Sequence record: SRR20825019_669
DNA length: 64,000 bases
Direction: 5' to 3' (one strand)
The translations under genes and the position numbers were made by a program. Below, piece after piece: positions 9,855 through 19,122 of the stretch. Under the pieces are notes generated by a model. That model saw only the letters and a list, made by a program, of their open reading frames with translations. It ran no database searches and was not told the DNA's origin. Position 1 is the stretch's first letter; every line of letters begins with the position of its first letter.

Positions 9855-10496
9855 ATGCCTGAAGATATGACATTGATTGATATGCTTTTATCGCGCCTTT
9901 TTCATGATCTGATCAGTCCGGTTAGCGCGACTGTAAATGGTGCAGAACTGATTTCTGATCTTGGTGCTGGCGGGTCTGATCTTGAGCAGGAAGCGCTCTC
10001 TCTTATCGGAACCAGCGCCAGGCAGGCCTCGGAACGGCTTTCTTATTTCCGAGTCGCTTTTGGCGGGGCGGGTTCAAACAGTGATCATTCCCTGGCCGAT
10101 GGGGCTAAACTCATCGCGCCGTATCTGAAGGCCCGGAAAATCGATTTCAGTCTCGAATGCCTGGTTGATCCCAAACTGGTGCGCCCGGCGCCCGGTGGGG
10201 TAAAGGTCATACTCGGCCTGATCTGTTTCTTGTGTGAATGCCTGCCGCGTGGCGGCAAAATGGTGCTGCAGTCTCCAGGCGAGCCGGGTGAGCATTTCGT
10301 GCTCAAGGCGGAAGGGACGGGAGCCGGTGTACCAGACGATGTTCAGGCCGCTCTGAGGCCGGACCTGCCCGCGAGCGAACTCACCAGCAAATCGGTTGTG
10401 GCGCATGTCGCGGCCGCGAATGCACGGCGCTTCGGGTATGGGTTTTCGATTGGGCAGGAACCAGACGTGGTCACCGTGGATGTTAATTTCTCTTGA
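9855..10496 (+). CDS. chpT: Histidine phosphotransferase ChpT
   Basis: SRLFHDLISPVSA..NGAEL, YFRVAFG, LPRGG; upstream of the che operon and ctrA. Confidence 0.9.
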   Translation: MPEDMTLIDMLLSRLFHDLISPVSATVNGAELISDLGAGGSDLEQEALSLIGTSARQASERLSYFRVAFGGAGSNSDHSLADGAKLIAPYLKARKIDFSLECLVDPKLVRPAPGGVKVILGLICFLCECLPRGGKMVLQSPGEPGEHFVLKAEGTGAGVPDDVQAALRPDLPASELTSKSVVAHVAAANARRFGYGFSIGQEPDVVTVDVNFS

Positions 10497-10545
10497 ATGA
10501 AGTGGGAAAAGCGTTCGCCATGAATTGTTCCCGCGACGTAAATGG

Positions 10546-10562
10546 GTTAACGCTTTGTTTAA
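10546..10562 (+). promoter_or_regulatory. CtrA-like box upstream of cheA
   Basis: GTTAACGCTTTGTTTAA; one mismatch to TTAA-N7-TTAA. Confidence 0.55.
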
Positions 10563-10677
10563 TGGTTTGTCCTAGTGTGTGACCGTCTTGAAAAGACTGT
10601 AGCTGCGTGATGCGGGGATGCCTGCGGGCCATCTTTCCCGGCGGTCGTCGAAGAACGAGATAGAATGGGGTAAGCGT

Positions 10678-13380
10678 ATGGATGAGCTACTAAGCGAATT
10701 CCTGACAGAGACGTCCGAAAACGTTTCGGAGCTCGATGTGGAACTGGTCCAACTGGAGCAAAATCCAAACGATCAGGCACTGCTTGGCAATATTTTCCGG
10801 CTTGTCCATACCATCAAGGGAACTTGCGGCTTCCTTGGCCTTCCCCGGCTTGAGGCGGTTGCGCACGCGTCGGAGAACGTTCTCGGGAAGATCCGCGATG
10901 GTAGCCTTGAAGTCTCCGCTGACGCTATCACGCTCATTCTTGAATCATTCGACCGGATCAAGTGGCTGCTGTCTTCACTTGAGGAAAACGAGGTCGAGCC
11001 CGAAGGGGACGATCAGGACCTGATCGACCGGCTTAATCATGTCGCCGAGGGCGGGACGCTCGATGATGCGGCGGCACCAGCGGCCGCTGCCGAGCCCGAG
11101 CCCGAGCCCGAACCCGTAGAAGAGCCCGCAGCTCTGCGTCCGGGTGAGGTCAGCCTCGAAGAACTGGAGCGCGCCTTCATGGAAGCGCCCGGTCCCGATG
11201 ATGTGGCCGCTGAAGAGCCGGAAGCCGAACCGGTCGTCGAGGAAATTGTCGAGGCCGCACCGCCGGCACCGAAAACTGAAGTTGCGGTTAGCGGCTCCCA
11301 GGGAGTGGCCAAGCAGCCGGAACAGGACAAGCAGGTACGCGAGTCCGCGGTCGCCAACCAGACGATCCGCGTGAATGTCGATCTGCTTGAAAACCTGATG
11401 ACGATGGTCAGCGAGCTGGTTTTGACCCGTAACCAGCTGATGCAGATCTCGCGCAACGAGAAAGACAGCGAATTCACAGTGCCGCTGCAGCGCCTGAGCC
11501 AGGTCACCTCGGAGCTGCAGGAAGGCGTCATGAAGACGCGGATGCAGCCGATCGGGAACGCCTGGTCGAAACTGCCGCGTCTGGTCCGCGATCTCTCGAT
11601 CGATCTGAACAAGAAGATCGATCTGCAGATGCTCGGCGCTGACACCGAACTCGACCGTCAGGTCCTTGAATTGATCAAGGACCCGCTGACCCACATGGTT
11701 CGTAACTCGGCCGACCACGGCATCGAGGACGGCCCGTCGCGTCTGGCGGCCGGAAAGTCCGAGACCGGTACAGTCACCCTGAACGCCTATCATGAAGGCG
11801 GCCATATCATCATCGAGATCAAGGATGACGGTAAGGGGCTCGATCCGGAGAAGATCAAGGCGAAAGCCGTGGCCAACGGGCTGGTTGCTGAATCCGAAGC
11901 CGATAGTCTTTCCGAGCAGCAGATCCAGCAGTTCATCTTCCGGGCCGGCTTCTCGACGGCAGCAGCGGTCACCTCCGTTTCTGGCCGTGGTGTCGGCATG
12001 GACGTGGTGCGGACCAACATCGAGAAGATTGGCGGCACGATCGAGCTGAAGTCGGTATTCGGCAAGGGCTCGACCTTCATTATCAAGATCCCGCTGACGC
12101 TCGCGATTGTCTCCGCACTGATCGTTGAAGCCGGTGGCGAGCGGTTCGCCATTCCGCAGCTCAGCGTCGTCGAGCTTGTCCGGGCATCGAACAACAGCGA
12201 GCACAAGATCGAAGAAGTCCACGGCACGCCGGTCCTGCGCCTGCGCAACCGTTTGCTCCCGCTCGTTTCCCTCAAGCGTATGCTGCGCCTGGACGTGGAC
12301 GAGGATGAAACGCCGCAGGAAGCCTTCATCGTGGTCTTGCAGATCGGCACATATTCGGTCGGCATCATGGTCGACCGGGTGTTCGACACCGAGGAAATCG
12401 TGGTCAAGCCGGTGGCGCCGATCCTGCGCAACATCACGCTCTTCTCGGGCAACACCATTCTCGGCGATGGCAGCGTGATCATGATCCTCGACCCGAATGG
12501 TGTCGCGGCTGCCAGCGGAGAGCTCAAGATGGTGGACGAGGAAGGTCAGGATACGGCCCGTCATCTGACGCACCGCTCCGATGTCTCGTCGCTGCTGCTG
12601 TTCCGCGCCGGAGGCCACAGCCCGAAAGCTGTGCCGCTCGCGCTGGTCGCCCGCCTGGAAGAGATCGATCTTGCGACGGTCGAATATTCAGAAGGCCGGC
12701 CGCTGGTGCAGTATCGTGGTCAGTTGATGCCTCTGATCCCGATGGGCGATGAGCTCAAGCTCGAGACCGAAGGACGCCAGCCGGTTCTTGTCTTTACCGA
12801 CGGCGACCGTTCGATGGGCCTGATTGTCGATCAGATCGTCGATATCGTCGAAGACCGTATCAATATCGAAGTCCGGCCGGATGCGCCGTGGCTGATGGGC
12901 AGCGCGGTCATTGCCGGTAAGGCGACCGAGATCATCGACGCGGGCTTCTACCTGACCCAGGCTTATGGCGACTGGTTTGGCTCCGGCGATGCGGACAGCC
13001 AGGAGCCGACCGAGCCCCGGCGCGTGCTGCTGGTCGATGACAGTGCTTTCTTCCGGAACCTCATCAAGCCGTTGCTTTCGGTGGCCGGCTACGACGTGAC
13101 CACCGTGGATCATGCGGAAGCTGCTCTTGAGCTCTGTGAAAGCGGCGCCGAATTCGACGCCATCATCAGCGATATCGAGATGCCCGGAATTGACGGGTTC
13201 GAATTGACCCGCCGTCTGCGCGAGATCGCACGCTGGGAAAATACGCCGATCATCGCCTTGTCGTCCCATACTGGTCCGCGTGACCTGGACCGGGGCCGCG
13301 AAGTCGGCTTCACGGACTATATCGCCAAACTCGACCGGGATGCGCTGCTCGAGACGCTAGCGCAAACCATTGACGCGTGA
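10678..13380 (+). CDS. cheA: Hybrid chemotaxis histidine kinase CheA (HPt, kinase, two CheW domains, C-terminal receiver)
   Basis: IFRLVHTIKGTCGFL, HMVRNSADHGIE, SGRGVGMDVV, two CheW-like blocks, VLLVDDS...SDIEMP receiver. Confidence 0.96.
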   Translation: MDELLSEFLTETSENVSELDVELVQLEQNPNDQALLGNIFRLVHTIKGTCGFLGLPRLEAVAHASENVLGKIRDGSLEVSADAITLILESFDRIKWLLSSLEENEVEPEGDDQDLIDRLNHVAEGGTLDDAAAPAAAAEPEPEPEPVEEPAALRPGEVSLEELERAFMEAPGPDDVAAEEPEAEPVVEEIVEAAPPAPKTEVAVSGSQGVAKQPEQDKQVRESAVANQTIRVNVDLLENLMTMVSELVLTRNQLMQISRNEKDSEFTVPLQRLSQVTSELQEGVMKTRMQPIGNAWSKLPRLVRDLSIDLNKKIDLQMLGADTELDRQVLELIKDPLTHMVRNSADHGIEDGPSRLAAGKSETGTVTLNAYHEGGHIIIEIKDDGKGLDPEKIKAKAVANGLVAESEADSLSEQQIQQFIFRAGFSTAAAVTSVSGRGVGMDVVRTNIEKIGGTIELKSVFGKGSTFIIKIPLTLAIVSALIVEAGGERFAIPQLSVVELVRASNNSEHKIEEVHGTPVLRLRNRLLPLVSLKRMLRLDVDEDETPQEAFIVVLQIGTYSVGIMVDRVFDTEEIVVKPVAPILRNITLFSGNTILGDGSVIMILDPNGVAAASGELKMVDEEGQDTARHLTHRSDVSSLLLFRAGGHSPKAVPLALVARLEEIDLATVEYSEGRPLVQYRGQLMPLIPMGDELKLETEGRQPVLVFTDGDRSMGLIVDQIVDIVEDRINIEVRPDAPWLMGSAVIAGKATEIIDAGFYLTQAYGDWFGSGDADSQEPTEPRRVLLVDDSAFFRNLIKPLLSVAGYDVTTVDHAEAALELCESGAEFDAIISDIEMPGIDGFELTRRLREIARWENTPIIALSSHTGPRDLDRGREVGFTDYIAKLDRDALLETLAQTIDA

Positions 13381-13384
13381 GGGA

Positions 13385-13879
13385 ATGATGTCAGATTTAC
13401 CAGCTACTCAATCCATCGGGCAGAGCGTGGTTGCGCTTGGCGAACTGAAACAGTTCGTCTCGATCATGATCGGCAAGCAGCTCTTTGGCATTCCGGTGCT
13501 TCAGGTCCATGACGTTCTTGGCCCCCAGCGGATAACACGTATCCCGCTTTCCCCTAAGGAAGTGGCGGGTTCGCTTAATCTGCGCGGCCGCATTGTCACG
13601 GCAATTAACATTCGCAGCCGTCTGAACATGCCTCCGTATGAAGGCGATCATGAATGCATGAGCGTCGTTGTCGAGGATCAGGGCGAGCTTTACAGCCTGA
13701 TGGTCGATTCCGTCGGTGAGGTGCTGTCTTTGGACGAAGCCATGTTCGAGCAGCATCCCGCAACGCTGGACGGGAACATCCGGGAGGTTTCAACAGGTAT
13801 TTACCGGCTCGATAAAAGCCTGTTGGTTGTATTTGATGTTCGATCGCTGCTTCGCTTCCAGGGAGAAGAAGCAGCATAG
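13385..13879 (+). CDS. cheW: Chemotaxis coupling protein CheW
   Basis: FGIPVLQV, GSLNLRGRIVT, LMVDSVGEV. Confidence 0.95.
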   Translation: MMSDLPATQSIGQSVVALGELKQFVSIMIGKQLFGIPVLQVHDVLGPQRITRIPLSPKEVAGSLNLRGRIVTAINIRSRLNMPPYEGDHECMSVVVEDQGELYSLMVDSVGEVLSLDEAMFEQHPATLDGNIREVSTGIYRLDKSLLVVFDVRSLLRFQGEEAA

Positions 13880-13937
13880 TGTGCGTTGAACTGCTGTATG
13901 TGCGACAATTGGCGCGTGAAAATTCGCGGAGCTTTAA

Positions 13938-14303
13938 ATGAAAACCTGCCTGATTGTGGATGACTCTAAAGTTGTTCGAATGGTGGCTCGGAAAATTCTG
14001 GAAGAACTGAAGTTCGAGACCACGGAAGCGGAAGACGGTCAGGTTGCTCTCGATGCCTGTAAGGCAGAGTTGCCGGATGCTGTGCTTCTGGATTGGAACA
14101 TGCCGGTCATGAGCGGGATTGAGTTTCTGCGCGAGCTGCGGAAACTGCCGGAAGGCGATAGCCCTCTGGTGATTTTCTGCACCACAGAGAATGACATGGC
14201 TCATATCCAGGAAGCGCTTGCGGCCGGTGCGAATGAGTACATCATGAAGCCCTTTGACAGTGAGATCATCGAAACCAAATTCTCTCAAATCGGATTGCTG
14301 TAA
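13938..14303 (+). CDS. cheY: Chemotaxis response regulator CheY
   Basis: Single receiver domain LIVDDS...LLDWNMP...KPF in che operon. Confidence 0.9.
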   Translation: MKTCLIVDDSKVVRMVARKILEELKFETTEAEDGQVALDACKAELPDAVLLDWNMPVMSGIEFLRELRKLPEGDSPLVIFCTTENDMAHIQEALAAGANEYIMKPFDSEIIETKFSQIGLL

Positions 14304-15482
14304 ATGCGCGGACAGAGCGCGTCCGCGGAAGCGAAACCGCGGTCGTCAGACCCATACAGGGTAATGCTTGTTGATGACTCCGCAGTGATCCGCGGACTCT
14401 TTACCCGATTCCTCGAAGCAGATCCGGACGTGAAGATTGTGGCTTCGGTGGGCGACGGTCAGCGGGCCATCGATACACTGAAGAACAATGATGTAGAGAT
14501 TATCGTGCTCGACATCGAGATGCCGCGCATGGACGGTATCACCGCATTGCCGGAGTTGCTGAAGCTGGATCCGAGCGTGCAGGTCGTTATGGCCTCGACG
14601 CTAACGGCGCGGAATGCCGAGGTTTCTCTGCGGGCGCTTTCGCTCGGCGCCAAGGATTATCTCACCAAGCCGAGTTCCACGTCGGAAATGACGGGAGCCG
14701 CTGATTTCCCGAGCGATCTGCTGAGCAAGGTCAAGGCTTTTGGTGCCCAACGGCGTCGCAAGTCAGGTGCGCCAGCACCTGTGGCGGTGTCCGGAGCGGC
14801 AGCGCGTGCCGCGGCTCTGAAGAGCGCACCGGCTGCCGCACCACGCGCGGCTGTGCAGCCAGCACGGGGTGCAGCACGCAGCGATATTACATTGCGCAAA
14901 CCGAGTGGCCGGCGGGCTGATGTTATCGGTATCGGAAGTTCCACGGGCGGCCCACAGGCATTGTTCCGGGTGCTCGCGGATCTTCCGAAAACCGTCAAAC
15001 AGCCTATTCTTGTGACGCAGCATATGCCGCCGACCTTCACGACGATCCTGGCTGAACATATCACGAAGACATCGGGCTGGGTCTGTTCCGAGGCAAAATC
15101 CGGTGATGTCGTGGCGCCGGGACGTATTTATCTTGCTCCGGGCGGTTACCACATGACGGTGAAAGCCGAAGGCGTTGAGAAGGTCATCGTCTTGAATCAG
15201 GAGCCGCCGGAGAATTTTTGCCGGCCGGCGGTCGATCCCATGATGCGTAGCCTGGTCAAGGCATATGGACGTGTCCTTGCGGTGATCCTCACCGGCATGG
15301 GACATGACGGGCGCGAGGGATGTCGCGCCGTTGTGGAAGCGGGGGGCGATATTGTGGCTCAGGATGAGCAGAGCAGCGTGGTCTGGGGCATGCCCGGCGC
15401 GGTCGCGCAGGCTGGCTTGTGTTGCGAAGTTCTTCCGGTTTCGGAGATTGGCGCCAGTGTTAATCGGCTGGCGAGGGGATAG
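14304..15482 (+). CDS. cheB: Chemotaxis methylesterase CheB
   Basis: Receiver plus GSSTGGP, TQHMP, RPAVD, ILTGMGHDG, VWGMP. Confidence 0.96.
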   Translation: MRGQSASAEAKPRSSDPYRVMLVDDSAVIRGLFTRFLEADPDVKIVASVGDGQRAIDTLKNNDVEIIVLDIEMPRMDGITALPELLKLDPSVQVVMASTLTARNAEVSLRALSLGAKDYLTKPSSTSEMTGAADFPSDLLSKVKAFGAQRRRKSGAPAPVAVSGAAARAAALKSAPAAAPRAAVQPARGAARSDITLRKPSGRRADVIGIGSSTGGPQALFRVLADLPKTVKQPILVTQHMPPTFTTILAEHITKTSGWVCSEAKSGDVVAPGRIYLAPGGYHMTVKAEGVEKVIVLNQEPPENFCRPAVDPMMRSLVKAYGRVLAVILTGMGHDGREGCRAVVEAGGDIVAQDEQSSVVWGMPGAVAQAGLCCEVLPVSEIGASVNRLARG

Positions 15483-15488
15483 ACAGGC

Positions 15489-16325
15489 ATGAACAGCTCT
15501 GATTTCGAATTCCTGTCCAGCCTGCTGTACAAGCAATCAGGCTTGGTATTGACGCCGGACAAGGGCTATCTGCTCGAGACGAGGTTGCAACCTGTTGCGC
15601 GCAGTCATGGCTTGAGCTCCATAGAGCAGATCGTCTCGACGCTTCGCAGCCGGCGGGACGAGAAGCTCGTTAACTCGATCACTGACGCTATGACGACGAA
15701 TGAGTCCCTGTTTTTCCGGGACCGGACACCATTCGACCAGTTCAAGACAGTTGTGCTGCCGAGCCTGCTGCAGTCACGGGCGGCGAAGAAGTCGATCCGG
15801 ATCTGGAGTGCGGCCTGTTCCTCGGGGCAGGAGCCTTATTCGCTGAGCATGGTGCTTGATGAACTGGCGTCCAAGCTTACCGGCTGGCGGGTAGAGATTA
15901 TCGCTACCGATATTTCGACGGAGATGGTCGCCCGGGCCCGCTCGGGCATCTATTCCCAGTTCGAAGTGCAGCGCGGTCTCCCGGTTCAGTTGCTGGTGAA
16001 ATATTTCCAGCAGGACGGGGATCGCTGGCAGCTCAGCGAGAAGATCCGCCGGATGGTTACCTTCCGCGAATTCAACCTGCTGCAGGATCCGCGCGCGCTC
16101 GGCACCTTCGATATCGTGTTTTGCCGGAACGTCCTGATCTATTTTGATCAGGAGACGAAGCGGAAAGTGCTGGAAGGGGTTTCCCGGCAGATTGCACCGG
16201 ATGGCTACCTCTATCTTGGCGGGGCCGAGACGGTCATCAGCATTACCGACAAGTTCCAGCCGGTTAAAGGCCAGCGCGGCATGTATCAGCCGACGGCCAA
16301 GGAAGGCCAGAAAGCCGCGATCTGA
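15489..16325 (+). CDS. cheR: Chemotaxis methyltransferase CheR
   Basis: TTNESLFFRD, IWSAACSSGQEPYS, FCRNVLIYF. Confidence 0.96.
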   Translation: MNSSDFEFLSSLLYKQSGLVLTPDKGYLLETRLQPVARSHGLSSIEQIVSTLRSRRDEKLVNSITDAMTTNESLFFRDRTPFDQFKTVVLPSLLQSRAAKKSIRIWSAACSSGQEPYSLSMVLDELASKLTGWRVEIIATDISTEMVARARSGIYSQFEVQRGLPVQLLVKYFQQDGDRWQLSEKIRRMVTFREFNLLQDPRALGTFDIVFCRNVLIYFDQETKRKVLEGVSRQIAPDGYLYLGGAETVISITDKFQPVKGQRGMYQPTAKEGQKAAI

Positions 16326-16349
16326 CGGCAAGGCTCGAGACACACAACA

Positions 16350-16386
16350 GAAAAGGGCTGAACCGTTTACCGGTTCAGCCCTTTTC
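16350..16386. terminator. Bidirectional intrinsic terminator between cheR and ctrA
   Basis: GAAAAGGGCTGAACCG-TTTAC-CGGTTCAGCCCTTTTC inverted repeat between convergent genes. Confidence 0.85.
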
Positions 16387-16420
16387 GTTGAAGCTCAATA
16401 GTTTTGAAAGCCAGGAAGCC

Positions 16421-17149
16421 TTATTCGGCTGGCTCCTTGACCTTTTCGGCCCTTTTTACCGGAGCTGTGTCTTCATCTCCGTCGCGCAGAACATAGCCGC
16501 GGCCCCAGACCGTCTCGATGTGATTGTTGCCACCGGTTGCCTTCGAGAGCTTCTTGCGAAGCTTGCAGACGAAAACGTCGATGATCTTGAGCTCGGGCTC
16601 GTCAATCCCGCCGTAAAGGTGATTGAGGAACATTTCCTTGGTCAGGGTCGTGCCTTTGCGCAAGGAAAGCAGCTCAAGGATGGCAAATTCCTTGCCGGTC
16701 AGATGCACCGGCTTGCCATCGACTTCAGCGCTCCGGGTGGACAGGTTGACCGCAATCGGACCCGTTTCGATCACCGAATCCGAATGTCCCTTGGAACGCC
16801 GGATAATGGCCTGCATCCGGGCAATCAGCTCGCGCCGGTCGAACGGCTTGGTCAGATAGTCGTCAGCACCGAAGCCAAGGCCCTTGATCTTGTTATCCAG
16901 CTCGGAAAGGCCGGAGAGAATGAGGATCGGTGTCTCGACCTTCGAGCCACGCAGGCGGCGCAGAACCTCATAGCCATCAAGGTCCGGCAGCATAAGATCG
17001 AGGAGAATGATGTCGTAGTCATAGAGTCGGCCAATTTCGAGGCCGTCTTCTCCGTGTTCCGTCACATCAACCACAAACCCTTCGGCTTTCAGCATGAGCT
17101 CAATGCTCTGGGCTGTGGCGAAATCGTCTTCTACCAAGAGTACGCGCAT
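16421..17149 (-). CDS. ctrA: Cell-cycle/motility master regulator CtrA
   Basis: [55 protein letters not shown]. Confidence 0.97.
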   Translation of the reverse strand: MRVLLVEDDFATAQSIELMLKAEGFVVDVTEHGEDGLEIGRLYDYDIILLDLMLPDLDGYEVLRRLRGSKVETPILILSGLSELDNKIKGLGFGADDYLTKPFDRRELIARMQAIIRRSKGHSDSVIETGPIAVNLSTRSAEVDGKPVHLTGKEFAILELLSLRKGTTLTKEMFLNHLYGGIDEPELKIIDVFVCKLRKKLSKATGGNNHIETVWGRGYVLRDGDEDTAPVKRAEKVKEPAE

Positions 17150-17180
17150 GGAACTCTCCCTCTATAACCTTGAGACAAAG

Positions 17181-17297
17181 GTTAACGTGCTAAGATAAAC
17201 AAACCGTTAACCTGCGCCGGCGCGCCTGGTCGAAAACGTGCCAGGCGTTCTCGTTAGTGCTAAACTCCCAGTGTAGGACAGTTAACGGCGCGCTTAA
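17181..17297. promoter_or_regulatory. Divergent ctrA/fliI promoter region with CtrA-like sites
   Basis: GTTAAC at 17181, 17206 and 17281; TAAA-N7-TTAAC at 17196-17211; TTAA-N8-TTAA at 17282-17297. Confidence 0.55.
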
Positions 17298-17326
17298 AGC
17301 GTTGCAGGTGTAAGGAGAGCATTCGG

Positions 17327-18691
17327 TTGGTCACTGCCCTCGGAAATCTGGCATCCGAAATCGACAAGATAGCCGAATTCCGGCTCTACGGACGTGTGAC
17401 CGCCGTGTTGGGCATGATGGTCGAGGTCGGTGGTGTGGACCGGGCGCTTTCGATCGGCGACAGACTGCACCTTCAGGCCAGGGGCGGGAAGCGCGTTAGC
17501 TGCGAAATTGTCGGCTTCAAGGATGGCAGGGCATTGGCCATGCCTTTCGGTGCGCTCGACGGGATCGGTATCGGAAGCCGGGCTGAAATTTCGGACGCGG
17601 CGCCGGTGATCTTTCCGCATGAAGGCTGGCTCGGACGGGTCGTCAACGCGATGGGCGATCCGGTGGACGGGAAGGGGCCGCTCGGAGACGGACCGCGCGG
17701 ATGCCCGGTAAAGACCCAGCCGCCAGCGGCCCATACACGGCAGCGGGTTGGGGAAAAACTCGACCTCGGTGTTCGCACGATCAATACATTCGCCTCTGTC
17801 TGCAAGGGGCAGCGCATGGGGATTTTCGCCGGCTCCGGTGTTGGCAAGTCCATGTTGATGTCGATGATCGCGCGCTTTACCCAGAGCGAGGTGAACGTCA
17901 TCGGCCTTATCGGCGAGCGTGGCCGCGAGGTGCAGGAATTCATCCAGGACTATCTCGGCGAAGAAGGCCTGGCCCGCAGTGTGGTCGTTGTTGCGACCTC
18001 TGATGAATCTCCGCTTATGCGGCGCCAGGCAGCGCATCTGACATTGGCCGTCGCCGAATATTTCCGCGATGAAGACAAGACCGTCATGTGCATGATGGAC
18101 AGTGTTACCCGTTTTGCCATGGCCCAGCGAGAGATTGGTCTTGCCACGGGGGAGCCGCCGGCCTCCAAGGGCTATACGCCGACCGTGTTCGCGGAGCTTC
18201 CCAAATTGCTTGAGCGGGCAGGGCCGGGAGCGGGAGCGGGCACGATCACCGGCCTGTTCACGGTTCTGGTTGAAGGCGATGACCATAACGAGCCGATATC
18301 CGACGCCGTTCGCGGGATTATCGACGGCCATATCGTGCTGGAGCGGGGGATTGCGGATCGGGGCCGCTATCCGGCAATCAATGTGCTGCGCAGCGTGTCC
18401 CGGACGATGCCGGACTGTAATACGGCGGAAGAAAACGCACTGGTCCGCCGGGCGAAGGCCTTGATGGCCACTTACGACAACATGGCCGACATGATCCGAC
18501 TGGGAGCTTACCGCAAGGGCAGCGACCCGGAAGTGGACGAGGCGATCCTGTATCACGCTTCGCTGGAGCGCTTCATGTCCCAGGACAAGAATGAGCCGGC
18601 ATCTCTTGAATCCGGATATGCCCAGCTCGATGCCATTCTTTCCATGGTCGGTGGTGACACGCACCATCAGGAAGAGCAGGGTGAGCCGTGA
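17327..18691 (+). CDS. fliI: Flagellar export ATPase FliI
   Basis: GQRMGIFAGSGVGKS, LIGERGREV, MDSVTRF, DGHIVL, YPAINVL; TTG start after AAGGAGAG. Confidence 0.96.
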   Translation: MVTALGNLASEIDKIAEFRLYGRVTAVLGMMVEVGGVDRALSIGDRLHLQARGGKRVSCEIVGFKDGRALAMPFGALDGIGIGSRAEISDAAPVIFPHEGWLGRVVNAMGDPVDGKGPLGDGPRGCPVKTQPPAAHTRQRVGEKLDLGVRTINTFASVCKGQRMGIFAGSGVGKSMLMSMIARFTQSEVNVIGLIGERGREVQEFIQDYLGEEGLARSVVVVATSDESPLMRRQAAHLTLAVAEYFRDEDKTVMCMMDSVTRFAMAQREIGLATGEPPASKGYTPTVFAELPKLLERAGPGAGAGTITGLFTVLVEGDDHNEPISDAVRGIIDGHIVLERGIADRGRYPAINVLRSVSRTMPDCNTAEENALVRRAKALMATYDNMADMIRLGAYRKGSDPEVDEAILYHASLERFMSQDKNEPASLESGYAQLDAILSMVGGDTHHQEEQGEP

Positions 18692-19104
18692 GCCAGTTTG
18701 AGCAGCTGATCCGGCTCCGGACCTGGGAGCTGGACGAAAAGCGCCGGGCCATGGGCGTGCTCCTGCAGGAAGAGGCCGCGTTTCTCGCCGAATCCGATGC
18801 CATGCAGCATGAATTCGATCGTGAAAAGCAGGCTGCGGCCGGCTCTCTGGAAGCACGCCGAACGCTCGAAGCCTACATGCATCATTTCAAGGCCCGGACG
18901 AAGGCTCTGGAGGAACGGATCCAGGCGAAGCGCCGCGAGATAGATGCGGCAAACGAGGAAGTGCTGGATTGCTATCAGGAGCTGCGCAAGGCCGAAGCCG
19001 TCATGGAAGAATATAAGGCGCGCGAGGCGGAGCGGATCGGACGGCTCGAGCAGATGGAGATAGACGAAATCGCGCTCAATATGATGAAGCGGCGGCGCGG
19101 CTAG
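18688..19104 (+). CDS. fliJ: Flagellar export protein FliJ
   Basis: Coiled-coil 138 aa overlapping the fliI stop; WELDEKRR...EQMEIDE pattern. Confidence 0.8.
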   Translation: MSQFEQLIRLRTWELDEKRRAMGVLLQEEAAFLAESDAMQHEFDREKQAAAGSLEARRTLEAYMHHFKARTKALEERIQAKRREIDAANEEVLDCYQELRKAEAVMEEYKAREAERIGRLEQMEIDEIALNMMKRRRG

Positions 19105-19122
19105 GTCTGAGACCGCGGGCTG

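Noticed and set aside
10975..12618. 547-aa antisense ORF inside cheA (similar ones at 17294-18856, 23760-25310, 26665-28080, 53755-55134)
   Set aside because: Shadow ORFs opposite well-supported genes in GC-rich DNA; no recognisable motifs
9855..17149. chpT-che-ctrA linkage and CheA fused to a receiver
   Set aside because: Already known arrangement in Rhodospirillales-type genomes
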